Origin: Mesotaenium endlicherianum
Lineage: Eukaryota
NCBI GenBank assembly: GCA_009602735.1
Contig: WELA01003638.1
Location: 138,925 to 202,924 of the forward strand
Length of the DNA stretch: 64,000 bases
Direction: 5' to 3'
The notes beneath the pieces were generated by a model. That model searched no databases and had not been told where the DNA came from. It saw only the letters and a list, made by a program, of their open reading frames with translations. Shown one piece after another: positions 14,901 through 28,100 of the stretch (the first letter of the stretch is position 1; every line of letters starts with the position of its first letter). The position numbers were made by a program, and so were the translations under genes.

Positions 14901-16719
14901 CGAGGCATACGTCTTGATCCAGTCTCGATACAAGTGGCGCTCGAGGTCGAGACTGGGCAACCCCTTGACAAGCGACTGCCCTATGAAGGCATAGAGCCTC
15001 ATGCAGGGCACCATAGCAGCTATCGTACGCAGGGTCGTCTTGGCAGAACTGTCTGATGCTGGCATCTGCCCAGGACGGCCTTGCCCAAGTGACACCTGTC
15101 CAGAGGCACCTTCTTCAGCAGGCACTAAGCGGGCTGCACCATCCGTGCGGCACTGGTCTGATACTCCCGTGTCTACCTGCTGTGCATGACCTGGTGTGGA
15201 CTGCCCCACTTTCCCTGCTGCTGTGTCGAGGAGGAAGGAAGTGTACTCCAAAGTGGCTGCTGTTACTCCGTCCTCCTGATCCGTGTCCTGCTTCCAAGCC
15301 TGTAGAAAGAGAAATTCCTCACAGCCAGAGCTTAGGCTGCGATACCTTGCAAAGAAAGGACATACGAAGCCAAGTTGAGTGTTCACTGCAAGCCAGTCGA
15401 CACCAGCTTTTATACCCTGTATAGACTAATGCGAATGCTTTGATATAGCTGGTAGGGGGTGCTTCAGCTGCTACACATCTGTTGGCTGTACAACTTGCCC
15501 CAAAGGCCTGCTTGTTGATGAAGATGCTAGCCACACATTCAAGGAGTAGGGGTGAATGAAAGAGCTAAAAGACACCTTGGCTTGCAAACGGGCAGCACAC
15601 GTGGGCCGGGCTCTTCTTCCTGCATGCTGGCAATGAAACTCAGCTCAAATTATTTTCAGTGAGGCAGCAACTGTGTAATACTTTATTTAAGATCATGTTG
15701 TAAGGAGATCACCTTTGCATAGGAGTCATGCAGCTTTAACTCCTCGTATGTAGCAGACTGGAGCTCCTGTAATGCCCGTTTTGCATTGTTGTCTGGCGCA
15801 CCCTCAGCTGCCATGCCATAACTACAGAGGGCATACATAGTCATACATAGTCAGATGCATAACAAGGGCCACAACCGTGCCAAATAACCTCAGGTCAATA
15901 ATTGGGTATTGCAACTACACACATACTGCAAAAACTGATGGCAGCTATAGCTCGTATACAGCGCATGAATCAGTAAAAGCTTTCAAGTCCAAGCACAGAT
16001 GCAACTACGAGTGGGTTCTCAGGACAAGGGCTTTGTATTGTTAGTTTATGTATTTAACTCATGCTTTCTTAGCCTTCCAACTTGATATGCTGAAAATCAT
16101 ATGTTGGCCTTCGCTATGCATGCATCCACGACTAACAAAGTGTGGGCAAGGTCGCCGTCCTTCTGGAGAAGATCCTGGGCACACATTGCATACACGCCTT
16201 CCTTTCACATCATGATCTTAATCACTACACCCTTCTGGGACCCAGCAGGCAGTTCCCTACTTACGCGCTGGCAAATGCTTGTAAGTAGTAAACATCCTGT
16301 GCGATGAAGTGCCAAAAGCCAGCCTTTGGCAATGTTTCAGCTGCAAGGCCAATAACAAAAGGGTGGTACAGGGCCGCCAATGCTTCCCTCTGAGCTTCAT
16401 TCCAGAATATTTGAGACAGCAGCTTAGAGGATGGAGGTGTGGTCATCGTATCTGTATAGACAGCACGACCGTGCAGCGTCCTTTTCTCTAAGCTTCTGGT
16501 CTTCCTAGTTGCCAATGAAAAGAAGGGCTTACGACCAGACGAGATTTCAGCATTCGAATCAATGCAGAAGGTACAGGTGGACTGTCGCTGAAGGGTAACG
16601 TGAAATGATAACAATTTGGTAGCATCCCTCGCCGTCCCACTATGACATCTACTTATCCACGACGACAAGCATTTGTAAGCTGATCGCGTAGGCCCAACAA
16701 GGAGTGCTGCTCCGATCAT
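11967..16719 (-). CDS. TH2: Bifunctional TenA/HAD thiamine monophosphate phosphatase (TH2/PALE1 homologue), 6 exons
   Basis: TenA motifs HPFVIGLAAETLPKAGFWHFIAQDVYYLQAF, AMVPCMRLYAFIG, YRDWIKTYASAEF, LYQKAMRLELSFF. HAD motifs FASDFDSTC and YVGDSLTDILPLLNANVGIVIG. Exons approx 16719-16265, 15822-15713, 15299-14889, 14150-13871, 13487-12938, 12406-11967. Confidence 0.93.
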
Positions 16720-17366
16720 GTGTCTTATAAAGCTGTTCGTAAAGTTTAATGCACAGTCGTCTGGTGAAAGCTATGATATCAATATTCCACCTGGACGTTT
16801 ATTAACAGCTTGTGTCTTGCGCCAGATATAGCATCAACTGATCCAAGCAGATTCATTGCTCTCGGTAGGCCCTCGAGGATTTTGTGGAAGTCTATGCTAG
16901 CTGCAGTATGTTGTGCAGTTCTGTGCAGAGTTCAATTTCCAACTTTGAACCATTTTGAACACTTGTAAATTGAAGTCAAAATGATTCCCCGGTAGTTCAT
17001 CAAACTCTATCCTGTTACTACATGGAAGGGAATTGGTATGGGAATAACATGTGCATACATGTGCATTGCGTAAAGGGAGACTGCCTCGCTCACGTGCCAG
17101 CAAATATTGAACCGGCGGGAGGTACATTTTGAAAAATTGGTGAATTTCATGCGAGCGTATTCGAAATTCGAATGTAATACCTTCAAGGGCAGTGCGTTTT
17201 GGCGAAAGTTCCTTGTTTTGGAGTTCGGGCCATGACCAAGGTCCTTCCATCCAGGGCCACTATGAGGTCCACAGAAGTAATATAAAGGCGCAAGAAGTAC
17301 ATAATACCGGTTTTGAAATAGAGATTGTATTGAGACAAGCGCATCGGTGAGGGGCAGTTGAGCAAT

Positions 17367-20300
17367 ATGGAGGGGCTACATGCGAAGGACCGCATCGTGA
17401 AGGGACTTCAAGGTTAGGTGTCCTTTACTTGGTTATTGGTCGCAACGCAGAGGCACTATAGTCATGAGCATGTGCTTTACATGAGGAAGTACGTGAAGAA
17501 CCTCAGGCCTTACACGGGGCATTCTTCACAAATAAAGACAGAATCTTTGTGATTGTGCAAGAATTGCATGGCGAAAGGCATAGAAATTCCTCTTTACTTC
17601 ATGTAGGGGTTGCAGGGCAGTCATAGCGGAAAATCAGAACTCTAAGAGGTCTACTTCTACAGCTTAACGAGTTGGCTCGGTGTTAGCTTGTTGGGATACC
17701 AGGGTGATCTAGACAACTTCCTGCTATTCAAATATGTATATGTCAATGTCATGATGGGGCCTTAGCCTCTCGGTATACTTGCTTGTTTGAGTTCTCTGCT
17801 GACACTTATCTTGAGTTATCCTTTACACAGAGCCCAAGGACAAGTCTAGCAGCCATCATGCAGCCGTTGAATCTATCGTGAGTGCGAAGTTGAAGTGCTA
17901 CTCCAGAAAGAGTAAGTGTTACACCCACACTCTCATATAGAGCTTTCTAAACGTTTTCAATCACTTGCAGTGGTGATTCTGGTCGTCTTTAGAGGTATTC
18001 CTCTACTTCAACGTACATTGATTTTTTTCCGCAATGACGTGCTGAGTGCAGGTCGTGGAAAAGACCTTGCGCTTGCTCTTCTCAAGCAGAAGCCAAAACT
18101 ATCTCCAAAGAAGCTCAATATGTCACCAACCAAATCATCACCTCCTGGTATGACCTCTCCTTACGTATATGACATTCCGTGTGATGTACTTGTTTGCTCT
18201 CACTACAGCTAAAACTTCTACATGTTGCTGTTTGACGAGCGGTTTTTGCACTTCTTTTATTCAAGCAGCTGTCTTCCAACCACCAACGCCTGCCAAGGAG
18301 CCGGGGAGATATGCCAGCGATGCACCGCCTTTACCAATAAAGCGGAAGTTACAGCTTGATTCTGTAGACCTCCTTTTCAAGAAACAGAAACCAATGTATT
18401 CTACTTTGACAAGCCTTCCTGGGTAAGGCCATTGCTATGCTCGACCTTTTTGGTTGTTAACATTATTGCATTGTGCAACATACAACCTCCATATATGCAA
18501 CATGTGGTTTGTCAAAATTTGCGTCCCACTGCGAGCCTATGTTTGAACTCTAGTGGAGCAGCATGCCCGCTTTCTTTGCACTCACAAACGGGTGATCAGT
18601 GTTGGCCTAAATGCATATCCAACTCCAGACAATTTTAACGGTTGTGCTCTTTGATACTGCTTGTCGATCAGGCTGGCCAACATTGGCAATACTTGTTACA
18701 TGAATGCCGTTCTGCAAGTTTTGACAAGCCTGTCAAGCTTCACGTCAGACATGGAAAGTCCTTCTCTGCAGACACTGCCTGAAGATGGAGTATGTAAGGC
18801 CCTCCTTCAAGTTGTACGACAAATGAAAAGTCCTGGGTACAACATGACAATCAATCCAGCAGCTCTGAAAGCAGCAGTAGCCAAAAATGCTTCCCACTTT
18901 GGAGGAGCTCTTCAACAGGTACATCGCTACTAAGCACTTTAACACGCAGATATCATTTGAGACGCTGCAACATTCATCATTCCAAAGATGGTTACCCATC
19001 TTGCTGGGGAGATTTGCTGGGGCAAATACTCGGTAGGTTGTTGGCCTCCAGGTCTTGCATGAATTCCTGAAGCACCTTCATAGGCTGAAAGATATCCTGA
19101 CATAATTGACCTTCCTGTTCTTGACAGGATGCCCACGAGTTTCTTTGCAATCTCTTGGATCAGGTGCAAGAAGAAGCTTGCATTGCAGCTGAGGTGGAAA
19201 TGTCTGAGGGCATAGCAGCCAGGGTGCAGCTGACGAGAACGGCATGTCCAACCACCAAAAATTTCAGGTGCTTTTCTTATTCCTCATATTGTGCTCATTT
19301 CTTACTATACAGTAAGCTGTTTCATGTTGCATCCTGAGGCCTTGCTTGTCCTTTGGAGACAATCAGGCTGTTCTATTGGCCCCACGCCATGTAATCACCC
19401 TGCTTCAATATCCTTGACTTTTATGCTACTATAATATGAGGGAATTAAGAAAGGCAGTCTCAGTGCAGAAGTAGCATGCGGGTATAATTCCTTGCCTAAT
19501 GAATGCAAAACGTGGCTGGCTTGCAGCTGCATCGTCGAGCACGAGTTGAAGTGTGACTATTGTGAGCAATCTTCGAAGATGAGGGAGCTGTTCCGGCATC
19601 TATCACTTGATATCCCGGACAGTGCCTGCAGGTAAAGATGATAAGCAGCTATAATTGCAGCTCAATGTTGACGAACTCAAAAGTGAGCAGGCACCGATAT
19701 GTGACAAGCTGTAAGGTTGGACTTGATTGGAGTTTCTCGGCAAGCTTTTCCTGTTTGTATACCTACAACAAGTTGTTTCTGATGACACCTTCTGTATTTA
19801 ACAGGTCAACAGATGGAGCTTTTTCCACTTCCCAACGCGCTGTGGTGCCAAAGCTGCAGACTCTTCTTCAATCGTTCTTTCAGGTGATTATCTATTCATC
19901 GTTCTGCTCTCTAAATGGCTCACTGGCATTGTCATCATTAACTTGGCTTCACGGAGAAATGGTAGAGGGGGCTGGTCCACCGCCCTACCAAATTTGCTCA
20001 ATACAAATATACCAAGGGGTGCTAAGGAGCACCTGTGCATTGACCTGCACTATACGCATCAATTGCATTGTTGGAGGAGACGCATGTTGCTCGTTCGTAT
20101 GCATAACACCCTAGAAATGGTGGTTACTGGGCACAGGATGAGTTCTTCGAGAAGACTTGCGAGAATTGCCGATTTTCTAGCAGCAAGGTGCACAGGACGG
20201 TCAAGCGGCTCCCACGTATACTGGTGCTACACTTGAAGCGCTTCTGCATGGACACAAGTGGCGCTCTGCCGAGGCTGGAGAAGAAGCACAACCGTGTGAG

Positions 20301-22945
20301 CATACCAGTATCTCTGGACTTCGGTAAGTTGCTCTGCATCTCTTTATCATGAAGTAGTGGAGGACAGGAGATGCTCTGGAAGAACACTTTTATCCTACCC
20401 TGGGACTTGCACTTTATACTTGCATAGAGGGGGGGGGAGGAAGAGGAGAGGGCATCCTGTGATGATGTTCTTCTGCCTTGAGATGACTACAGGTCTAATG
20501 CAAGGGCACCTTATGGTCTTTTGCCCCCCCCACCACCGTGCATTTCCAAGACGGGGGGCGCGAAGATTAGGATCATAGTACGCCCTCGACATAATTTGAT
20601 TAGCCGTAATTAATTATCAAGGAAAAAATGTTATGTAACGTCATACCCTCCACTTTCAGTCCAACCCTTTAAGCTCTGTGCCTTGTATTTGTATCAATCA
20701 TTGTGTGGATGAGATCAAGTGGGGTGGGAATATCCTCTGAGATAATGTTGTCATCGTGTGACAACATTAGGATGTGATTTGTTATTGACAAATCATATTT
20801 TATCCTTTGTGAAGCTTGTGTCTCCACTGGTGCTTAGATAGTTACGACGATTAGAGAATGTACTTGTTATCCTGATCAGCATATTTGATGTGCAGCAGAC
20901 GTCTTGTCCAAACAGGGGCCAGTAAAATGTCATCTGTGCTGCACAGCAGTAAGTAGCACAATTGACAAACAAGACAGTGTGTTACAGATTGTTCCGTGTA
21001 TTGGAGCTGAAAATAAGTTAATTTGTCTATGCAGGCTTCTGCTGTACAAAGTCGACAAAGCCCCCCTTGGCCTTCACACGCAACGAAAAGAACTGCTCCT
21101 TCCAGCCTCCTCCTCCTGCTAGTCATCAGAACTTCCTGCAGCATCAAGCCTCAGAAGCATCCAGGCCAGTTCTTACTGACAAGACCAATCAACTTCTGAG
21201 GAACATCGTCACTGACCGACCCCTTTCCGAGTCGTCATTCAGCCTGGACTCAGATTCACATGCGACTGCCCGTCCTGCAACATTGGCTGAGGGATCAAGG
21301 AGGCCAGATGTTTTGAGGTTGAGGAGCATATTAGCAGGGGAAGAGGATGTAGGTCTCAGGAGTACGCTAGAGAATTGCAGGCAGAAGGGAGTGGAGGGTA
21401 GCAGCAGCAGGAGAATGCTGGCCTGTGAGAATGTAGGAAATGTTTCATCGAGGGGGCAAGAGACATGTCCCCCTTCCAATGATGACGGAAACAAAGACGA
21501 GGAGCTGCTGAGGGTGCTTGCAGAGAGTGCAAGGGAGCACATGCTGCTACAGCAGAGAGAAAGTGCTGCGGCATCGCGCTGTGAAAGCTCCCCACAGGCA
21601 CCAGTTAGTCCTGTTGACCGAGTTAGCACGTCTTCTAAGGAGGACGACGACCTTGAGCAGGCTATTGCTCTCAGTCTGGCAGAAGCAGCAAGTATGGCTA
21701 TCTCATCCTGCTCCATGTTCTGAACTAATTGCTTTGCCCAAGCTTTTTCGCTGTGCTGTGACACAAGATGTGGAAGCACATGTAGCTCACCACCTGTCCC
21801 AGAGACCTGGCACGAGAGGCTTACAAATGCGCAGTTGCACTCCATTCTCCATAGCTCCAAAGTTCCGGAAGTGTGTGGTAATCCATACACATGCAGAAAG
21901 CAAGCTTCTGAAAGCCTCTTACACTGTGGCAAGTCTTTTGCAACCTGACACTCCACTTGTCGGCTTCTTCTTGTTCAGGAGCTGAAGAGAAGGAGAATAG
22001 GAGCAGAGGCACACCTGATTCATTTGAAGGCCCTGAGGTCAGTAGTGACGATCTGAATCATATAGGAGCCTTCCTGCAGTTGAAACCCTCAGGTGCAGAG
22101 CCATGTGTCCTATTCTTGATGGCTCTGCACCTGTTCTCGGACTTGTCGGAGCTGGTAACTGCACAGTGGGGCAGTGGAGTTCCCTCCTTCTCACCAAACA
22201 CACGCCCGAACACAACCTCAGCCTACCTTTTAAGCCCTAGCTCCTCGCTGGCGCTAATTTAGAGCCCCCTTGGGTATAGCAGGGGGCAAGTCAGCTGGCA
22301 TTCATATGTCGTCATTGACGGGAATATGTGGTCTCATTTCAAGTCTTTTGGCTGGCAGATGAAGGCGGATGCCAGCACACCAGCCAGGCTGGTTGAAGTG
22401 GAGGACACCAGCAGCGACGAGGAGGGGCCTTGCGGCAGCACGGAGTACGTGCTGCAGGCTATCATCAGCCATCTGGGGCCCACGGCAACATGCGGGCACT
22501 TTGTGGCAGACACCTTTGAGCCCGTCAGGCAGCAGTGGTTCCACCACGACGACTCCATTGTTTCGCAGGTATGTCGAGAGGATACGAATGCTCTCCCTTC
22601 TTCTGACTGAGTGCCAATATGCTGCATCAGACTTCATGCATGCCCTTCTCGGGTTTCATTCTTTGGCTGGAAGCTGCATCTGCTGGGCTGTAGACACCAA
22701 CTGCACTTTTCCAACAAGCTCTCAATCAAAAACCTACCGCCCACAAAAAAGAGGGCCTGGTGCATAAGGTGCCCAGTCATTGTGTTTGGTGCCCTCAATG
22801 AAGCCTACGGTTTGCATGTGTTTTCTAGGTACATGAGTCAAGCGTCCTCACTACACAGAAAGAAGCGGAGGCATATATGCTGGTGTACGTCCACAAGGAT
22901 ATTGCCGGCCGTCAGCCAAAAGGTGCTGCAAAGTCTCCAAGGTAG
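17367..22945 (+). CDS. Ubiquitin-specific protease (peptidase C19) with UIMs inserted in the catalytic domain, USP37-like; start codon uncertain
   Basis: Cys box G|LANIGNTCYMNAVLQ (18671), QQ|DAHEFL (19129), zinc-finger CxxC pairs, FRHLSLDIP, LKRF, His box YVLQAIISHLGPTATCGHFVAD...WFHHDDSIVS (22446-22568), terminal AYMLVYVH and TAG at 22943-22945. Well supported from ~18270. The 17367 ATG is a guess. Confidence 0.85.
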
Positions 22946-25177
22946 CAAATTTGTCTTTCAATGCCTTCATTAAGGTACCAGTGTACATAGGCCAAAGCAG
23001 TTTCTTGCTTCAGTTCTGCCCCAATATCTCTATTTTGCCCAAAATTAAAAGCAGGCAGCCGAGTAACTGACCATATCTTTTTCTAAGATAGTTGAGGAAG
23101 GCGGCAAAGAAAGTTTTGCTGTTCGATTGTGGACAAGTCTGTGCACAAAGTACGTGTTTTTAGATGCCTGCAATGTTCTTATTAGATGCTACCTGTAGAT
23201 TATAAGAATGCGAAAAGTCATTGTAGTTGAATGATTGGCCTTTCTTCCCCCTACACGAGGATTCTAAGCATTTGATTATCAGTCATATTATCCTCGGGTT
23301 TCTGACAGGGGCATGTACGATGCAAAGTGGGATAGTATAAGGTATAGAATGTTCATGCTCTGTTATCGTGTTGCTACATTGCTGCTCTGAGTATGGCGTA
23401 CACCTTGATTGAGATAGTGTCTACATCCTCTGGAAGCTCCAGGCAATAAGGGGGCCTTAGTTTGTTTTTTTCTAGTGCAGCCTGATTTAGTGACAATATA
23501 TGCATATTATACCATATTTTCAATGACCTTATGCTATGTACTGTTACTTGGTACTCCTGCCAGGTAGAGTGGACGTTTGTTTCACTCTTGTTTTCACCAC
23601 TGTTGTTTGGCTTTGCTCATAAAGCGCATGGATATTTAGATTACTGACAAGAATCTGATGCACTTATGCTACGAGATCATGCTACGCCTCTTCCTTCGAT
23701 TTCATGGAGTGGAGAGATCAGCACATGCAATCTATCAAATATTGCTGTGTCATCAAAAGAATGTGCAATGTACTTGTGAGATGCATTGTTGTCTCAGAAC
23801 ACGTGATATTCTACCTGACGACATCTTTTGGATGCCTCTGTCATGAATAGCTAGACCGTGACAAGACACACTAATTTGCCTCCATTACCTAATCGCAGGT
23901 CAGGGAGTACATTGGGAAGAATTAACGTGCGTAACCACAATCAAAAACATGTGACAGCTCATCATGATAGTTGGTAAAAGACTGAAGCCCTAAGCCCTGT
24001 TTTCTGTTCTCAAGTGAGGAGCAGACACCACGTTCTAGTGCAGGATTCCTTCTTATGTTGCAACCAACAATTGGCATCTGCAGGGAAGCCAGGTAATGCT
24101 TTTGCTGAGGCAGTTATCAAACTTGGACTTGGAAGGGGTCTTTTACAGCACCAGGGTGCATCACTTACACAGTGACCAGAGCTGAAGGCATGGTGAACAA
24201 CTAATGTCAAATTGGTTCTTGGCTCAACAATTCAGTAACCACAACAGTCACTATCTGATTCCTGGTGGGGGCACCCGAGTGTGAATTTAAACATTTATTG
24301 GCAAAACTGCTAGCAATGTAACCTCGTCCTTGGGCCAACGTTAGTACAAATCGTGACCTTCATATGCAGATTATACACCCACAAAAAATAACCTTTTTGT
24401 CCTGAAATCGAATGACTATCTACAGATTGCTCTTGGCTGGCTGCTGCATGAGCAGCCCTTGAGAAATACAAGAGTCACAAAGGAGTGCGAGTTCTCAGGA
24501 AGAGGGGCTCAATTGCAGCAGTAAGCACCAAGAAGCCTACTCTTTTGGCCTTGTAAAGAATTCCCGCAGCCTCATGAGACTTCTACTCTAGTAATACGCG
24601 CCTATGAAACTTACATGACGTGCAAAAGAACAGGACTAGCCGTCTAGCCATGCCTATCTGACCCGCACTCTTTACCAGGTGACACATGACACCTAAACTG
24701 CGGACCAAGTCATTGAGCCTGCAATGTTACTTGACATGATGCCACTTCACACCTAAGCCCTGCCCTCCTCTCAGTGACATCCTTTCAGTGGCTGACCTGC
24801 CACCCACGTTCTCACCAACACACTTGTCTGCAAAGCCTGAGATGCCAGCCCCCTGTACGCCAATAGTGGCCCCCTAGAATGATGAGCCCACGCCAGTTCT
24901 TTCCTCCCAGAAGCTGACTCACCCCGGCATCCCGGATGCCCTGAAGTCCCAATGGCCCTCCAGCGCAGGAGCTGTTCTTCGACCAAAGAGCACTCAAACA
25001 CGCCTACAGAAAAGCCCCAAGCCCTCAACCCCCAACCTCGTTTCGCCTTCAAGCCCCCTTAGCCCCCTTCTGCCCCCCCCTCTGCCCCCTTCTGCCCCGA
25101 GCCTGGCGGCAGGGCACAGGCGCGGCTGCCCGTAACCCGGCAAGGCCTCGGCCCCAATGCTCGGCGGCGCTAGCCCG

Positions 25178-28100
25178 CTAGAACTTGCTGGAGGTGTCGA
25201 GGTCGTACAGCTCAATGGTCTTGTACTTCTGCGAGATGAGCTCCGCCTGCACCTTGCGCGCCGTGTCCGTGGCGCACCCCACCAGGATGAGCACGGACGT
25301 GCCCGCGAAGCCGCGGAACGCCGTGAGGTGCGTCACGCCCTCCACCAGCGCCGGCGCCGCCGCCAGGAACCCCAAAAAGGCGGACCCCGGCACCGAGATC
25401 GCCGTCAGCGTCTGCACCACCACCCCCCCACACCAGGAGACGCGCGGGGCGGGGTGCGTGAGCAGGTGCCGGTGCGCTCACGGGGAAGAGGAGCGCCCAT
25501 GGGGGCGTGTGTGGGTCCGCGAGGAAGGGACGAGACGAGAAGAGAGGAGGAGAGAGGCGCGTGGGCTGCGGCTGTGCATATGATTGAGTTTCTTGTGCAC
25601 TGCAGATGCCAGGAGCCCATTCGAGGGAACGGTATGGATGAGGGGGGCGGGCGGTGAGGGAGTTTGTGCGAGGGAGCGCGCGCATACGTTGGTGATGTAG
25701 GAGGCGGTGGCCTTGCCGGGGCGCGTGTTGGGGATGGACGCGCCCTGCCGCTTCAGCTGGTCGCTCACGTCGGCGGGGTCCAGCTGCAGGAACGTGTAGA
25801 AGTAGTTGAAGAAGGCGATCAGCGCCACGTTGGTCGGCAGGTACAGCGCGCCTGCACACAGCGGAGCACAGAGGGGGAACGCTTACGTTCACGCGCAGGA
25901 GCAAGACGTGCGCCCCTCTCTGGAGGGTCAGCCGAGAGCGTCGTAGAAGGCGGAGAGCGGGCTGCTGTCATGTGTTGAGGTGCAAGGAAGACGGAAGAAG
26001 GGACCAAGGGGGAGAAGGCATAGAGCAGCGGCAAGGGCCGTCGCTAGTTCCTCCCAAACCCACCCCACCTCTCTTGCATCCCCCCCAGGGGCGGGGAGCA
26101 TATGCCAACACTCCAAAATGGAGAGGAGAACAACAACTGCTGAAGCATTGGGACTCCACGCCATTCGGGATTGGCTGTCAAATCTCCCCCAGAACGGGAC
26201 AGCCAGCACAACACAGACACAAGGGCGCCGCTGGCTCATGTCATCCGGCTTGGGGGGTCAAAGCGACACGTGTGCGGAGTGGCAGCAGCAGGCCCGGCAT
26301 TAGTCAGGGCCAGGGCTCAACCTCTGGCGAGGTGAAATTTTTAGGTTCAGAGGCTGCGTTTCTGACACTTGGGGTCGAAGGTGTGGGAAACGAGTGCGCA
26401 CCTCCTGGGTAGAGGGCGACGGCGGCGGACTGGAGGGCGGCGGAGCCGGTGAAGCGCGCCAGCGAGGCGGGGGCGGCCAGCAGCGACGACGAGAAGATGA
26501 TGGGCATCACTCCGCTCGAGTTCACCTGCGGCCGGTCCCCCTCCCCCTCCCCCTCCCTCCCCCTCTTGTCAGAGTCACGTGAGTGCCAGTGCCTTGCAGT
26601 ACCTCCGCTTATGTGAACATGCACACATACATCCACACAAGCACAAAAACACGGCTGCCAACACATAGAGCATGCATGCACAGCAACCGTAAAGCGAGAC
26701 ACAGAGAGACACAGACAATAACTTTGCAGCAGCAGCAGCAGCAGCAGCAGAGAGTGCTGGGCTGGTACTGAGCAGGGGGGAGAGGAGCACGATGCCTTGA
26801 AGGGCAGGTAGGCGGAGCGGTTGAGGCCGCGCGCGCTGAACTTGTACTGCGACGCGTAGTTGATGGGGATGCGCCTCTCCGCCTCCTGCACACTCGCCCC
26901 GCCGCCCGCAGCCGCCCATGCCACACACTTGTCAGCACATTCACACGCGCTCACAGGATCTCCAGAAAGCAAGCACGGGAGCCGGCCGGAAGAGAGCAAG
27001 TTGGGGGGGGGGGGGGGGGGGNNNNNNNNNNNNNNNNNNNNGGGGGGGGGAGGGGGGGGGGGGGGGGGTACAGCGGAGGAAATGCGTGGTGCTTGCCTGC
27101 CATTGGGCCAGGCACCCCCGCTGCTGACTACACGGCACCCTGGTCCAAGTATACCCTCATGGTCACCCCCATTACCTTGGGCCTTCAAGTCCGCAAGCAG
27201 AGGCAAAAAACTTGGGGACTGCGAATGTAGTATTGCCCTTCCTCTTCCTCCCCTGATAAGAATGAAGGGTTTAGAGCTGTTCTTTCAGAATTGCTGCCTT
27301 GGGTTTCAAAACCTCCTCCAGAGACACTGAGTAGACCCGTCCTCACTTCAGGGTGGCTCAGGTGCCACACACACACGCGCACACGCAGCAGGCAGGCGGG
27401 CAGGCGGGCAGGCGGGCAGGCGGGCAATCGGGCATGCAGGCACACACAGGCATCCACACACGCCAACGCATGCAGACGCCTACGCCCACGTCCACGCACA
27501 CGCACACGCACACACGCCCGCACACATGCGTGCATGCGTGCCCACACACACACACACACACACACACCGACATGCACACGCACACGCACCCCTACCTGCA
27601 CGTAGACGATGCCGAAGACGAGCGCCAGGAAGGCCCCCAAGATGAAGCCGAGGCCGCCCACGTTGGCGCCCGTGAGTGCCTGCTGCGCGGTGCGGCCCAG
27701 CGTGGCGGGCAGGTACGACACGATGTTGGTGTAGATGAGCACGGACGTGCCGTTGCCCAGCTTCAGGTCCGTGATCTTGTCGCCGATCCACACCACCGCC
27801 ATGCTGCCAAGCGTCAGGCCCGCCACGGCTGAGATCTGCCAGGCGAGCGAGAAGTCGTACACGTACGGCTTGACGTAGTACACCTGGCTCACTGCCTGCG
27901 CCCGCGCTCACGCACACGCACACACGCACACACACACGCATACCCACACAAACGCACCATGCACCGCCGCCGCCGCCGCGAGGGGAAGAGAAGGCAGCCG
28001 TAGATGGATGTCAGCAAGATGCAGCAGCCAGCCCACGGGAACAGTTGACTGCACGCGCCGATGCCTGCCTGCCTGGGCGCAAGCAGACAGGCAAGCAGGC

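Noticed and set aside
10730..16900. TPP riboswitch near the thiamine gene TH2
   Set aside because: No CTGAGA...CCTGA...TAATGC...GGGA core found by eye. An Infernal RF00059 scan would be decisive.
23000..25100. Short ORFs between the USP gene and SCY1
   Set aside because: No motifs or consistent exon structure; probably UTR or intergenic sequence.
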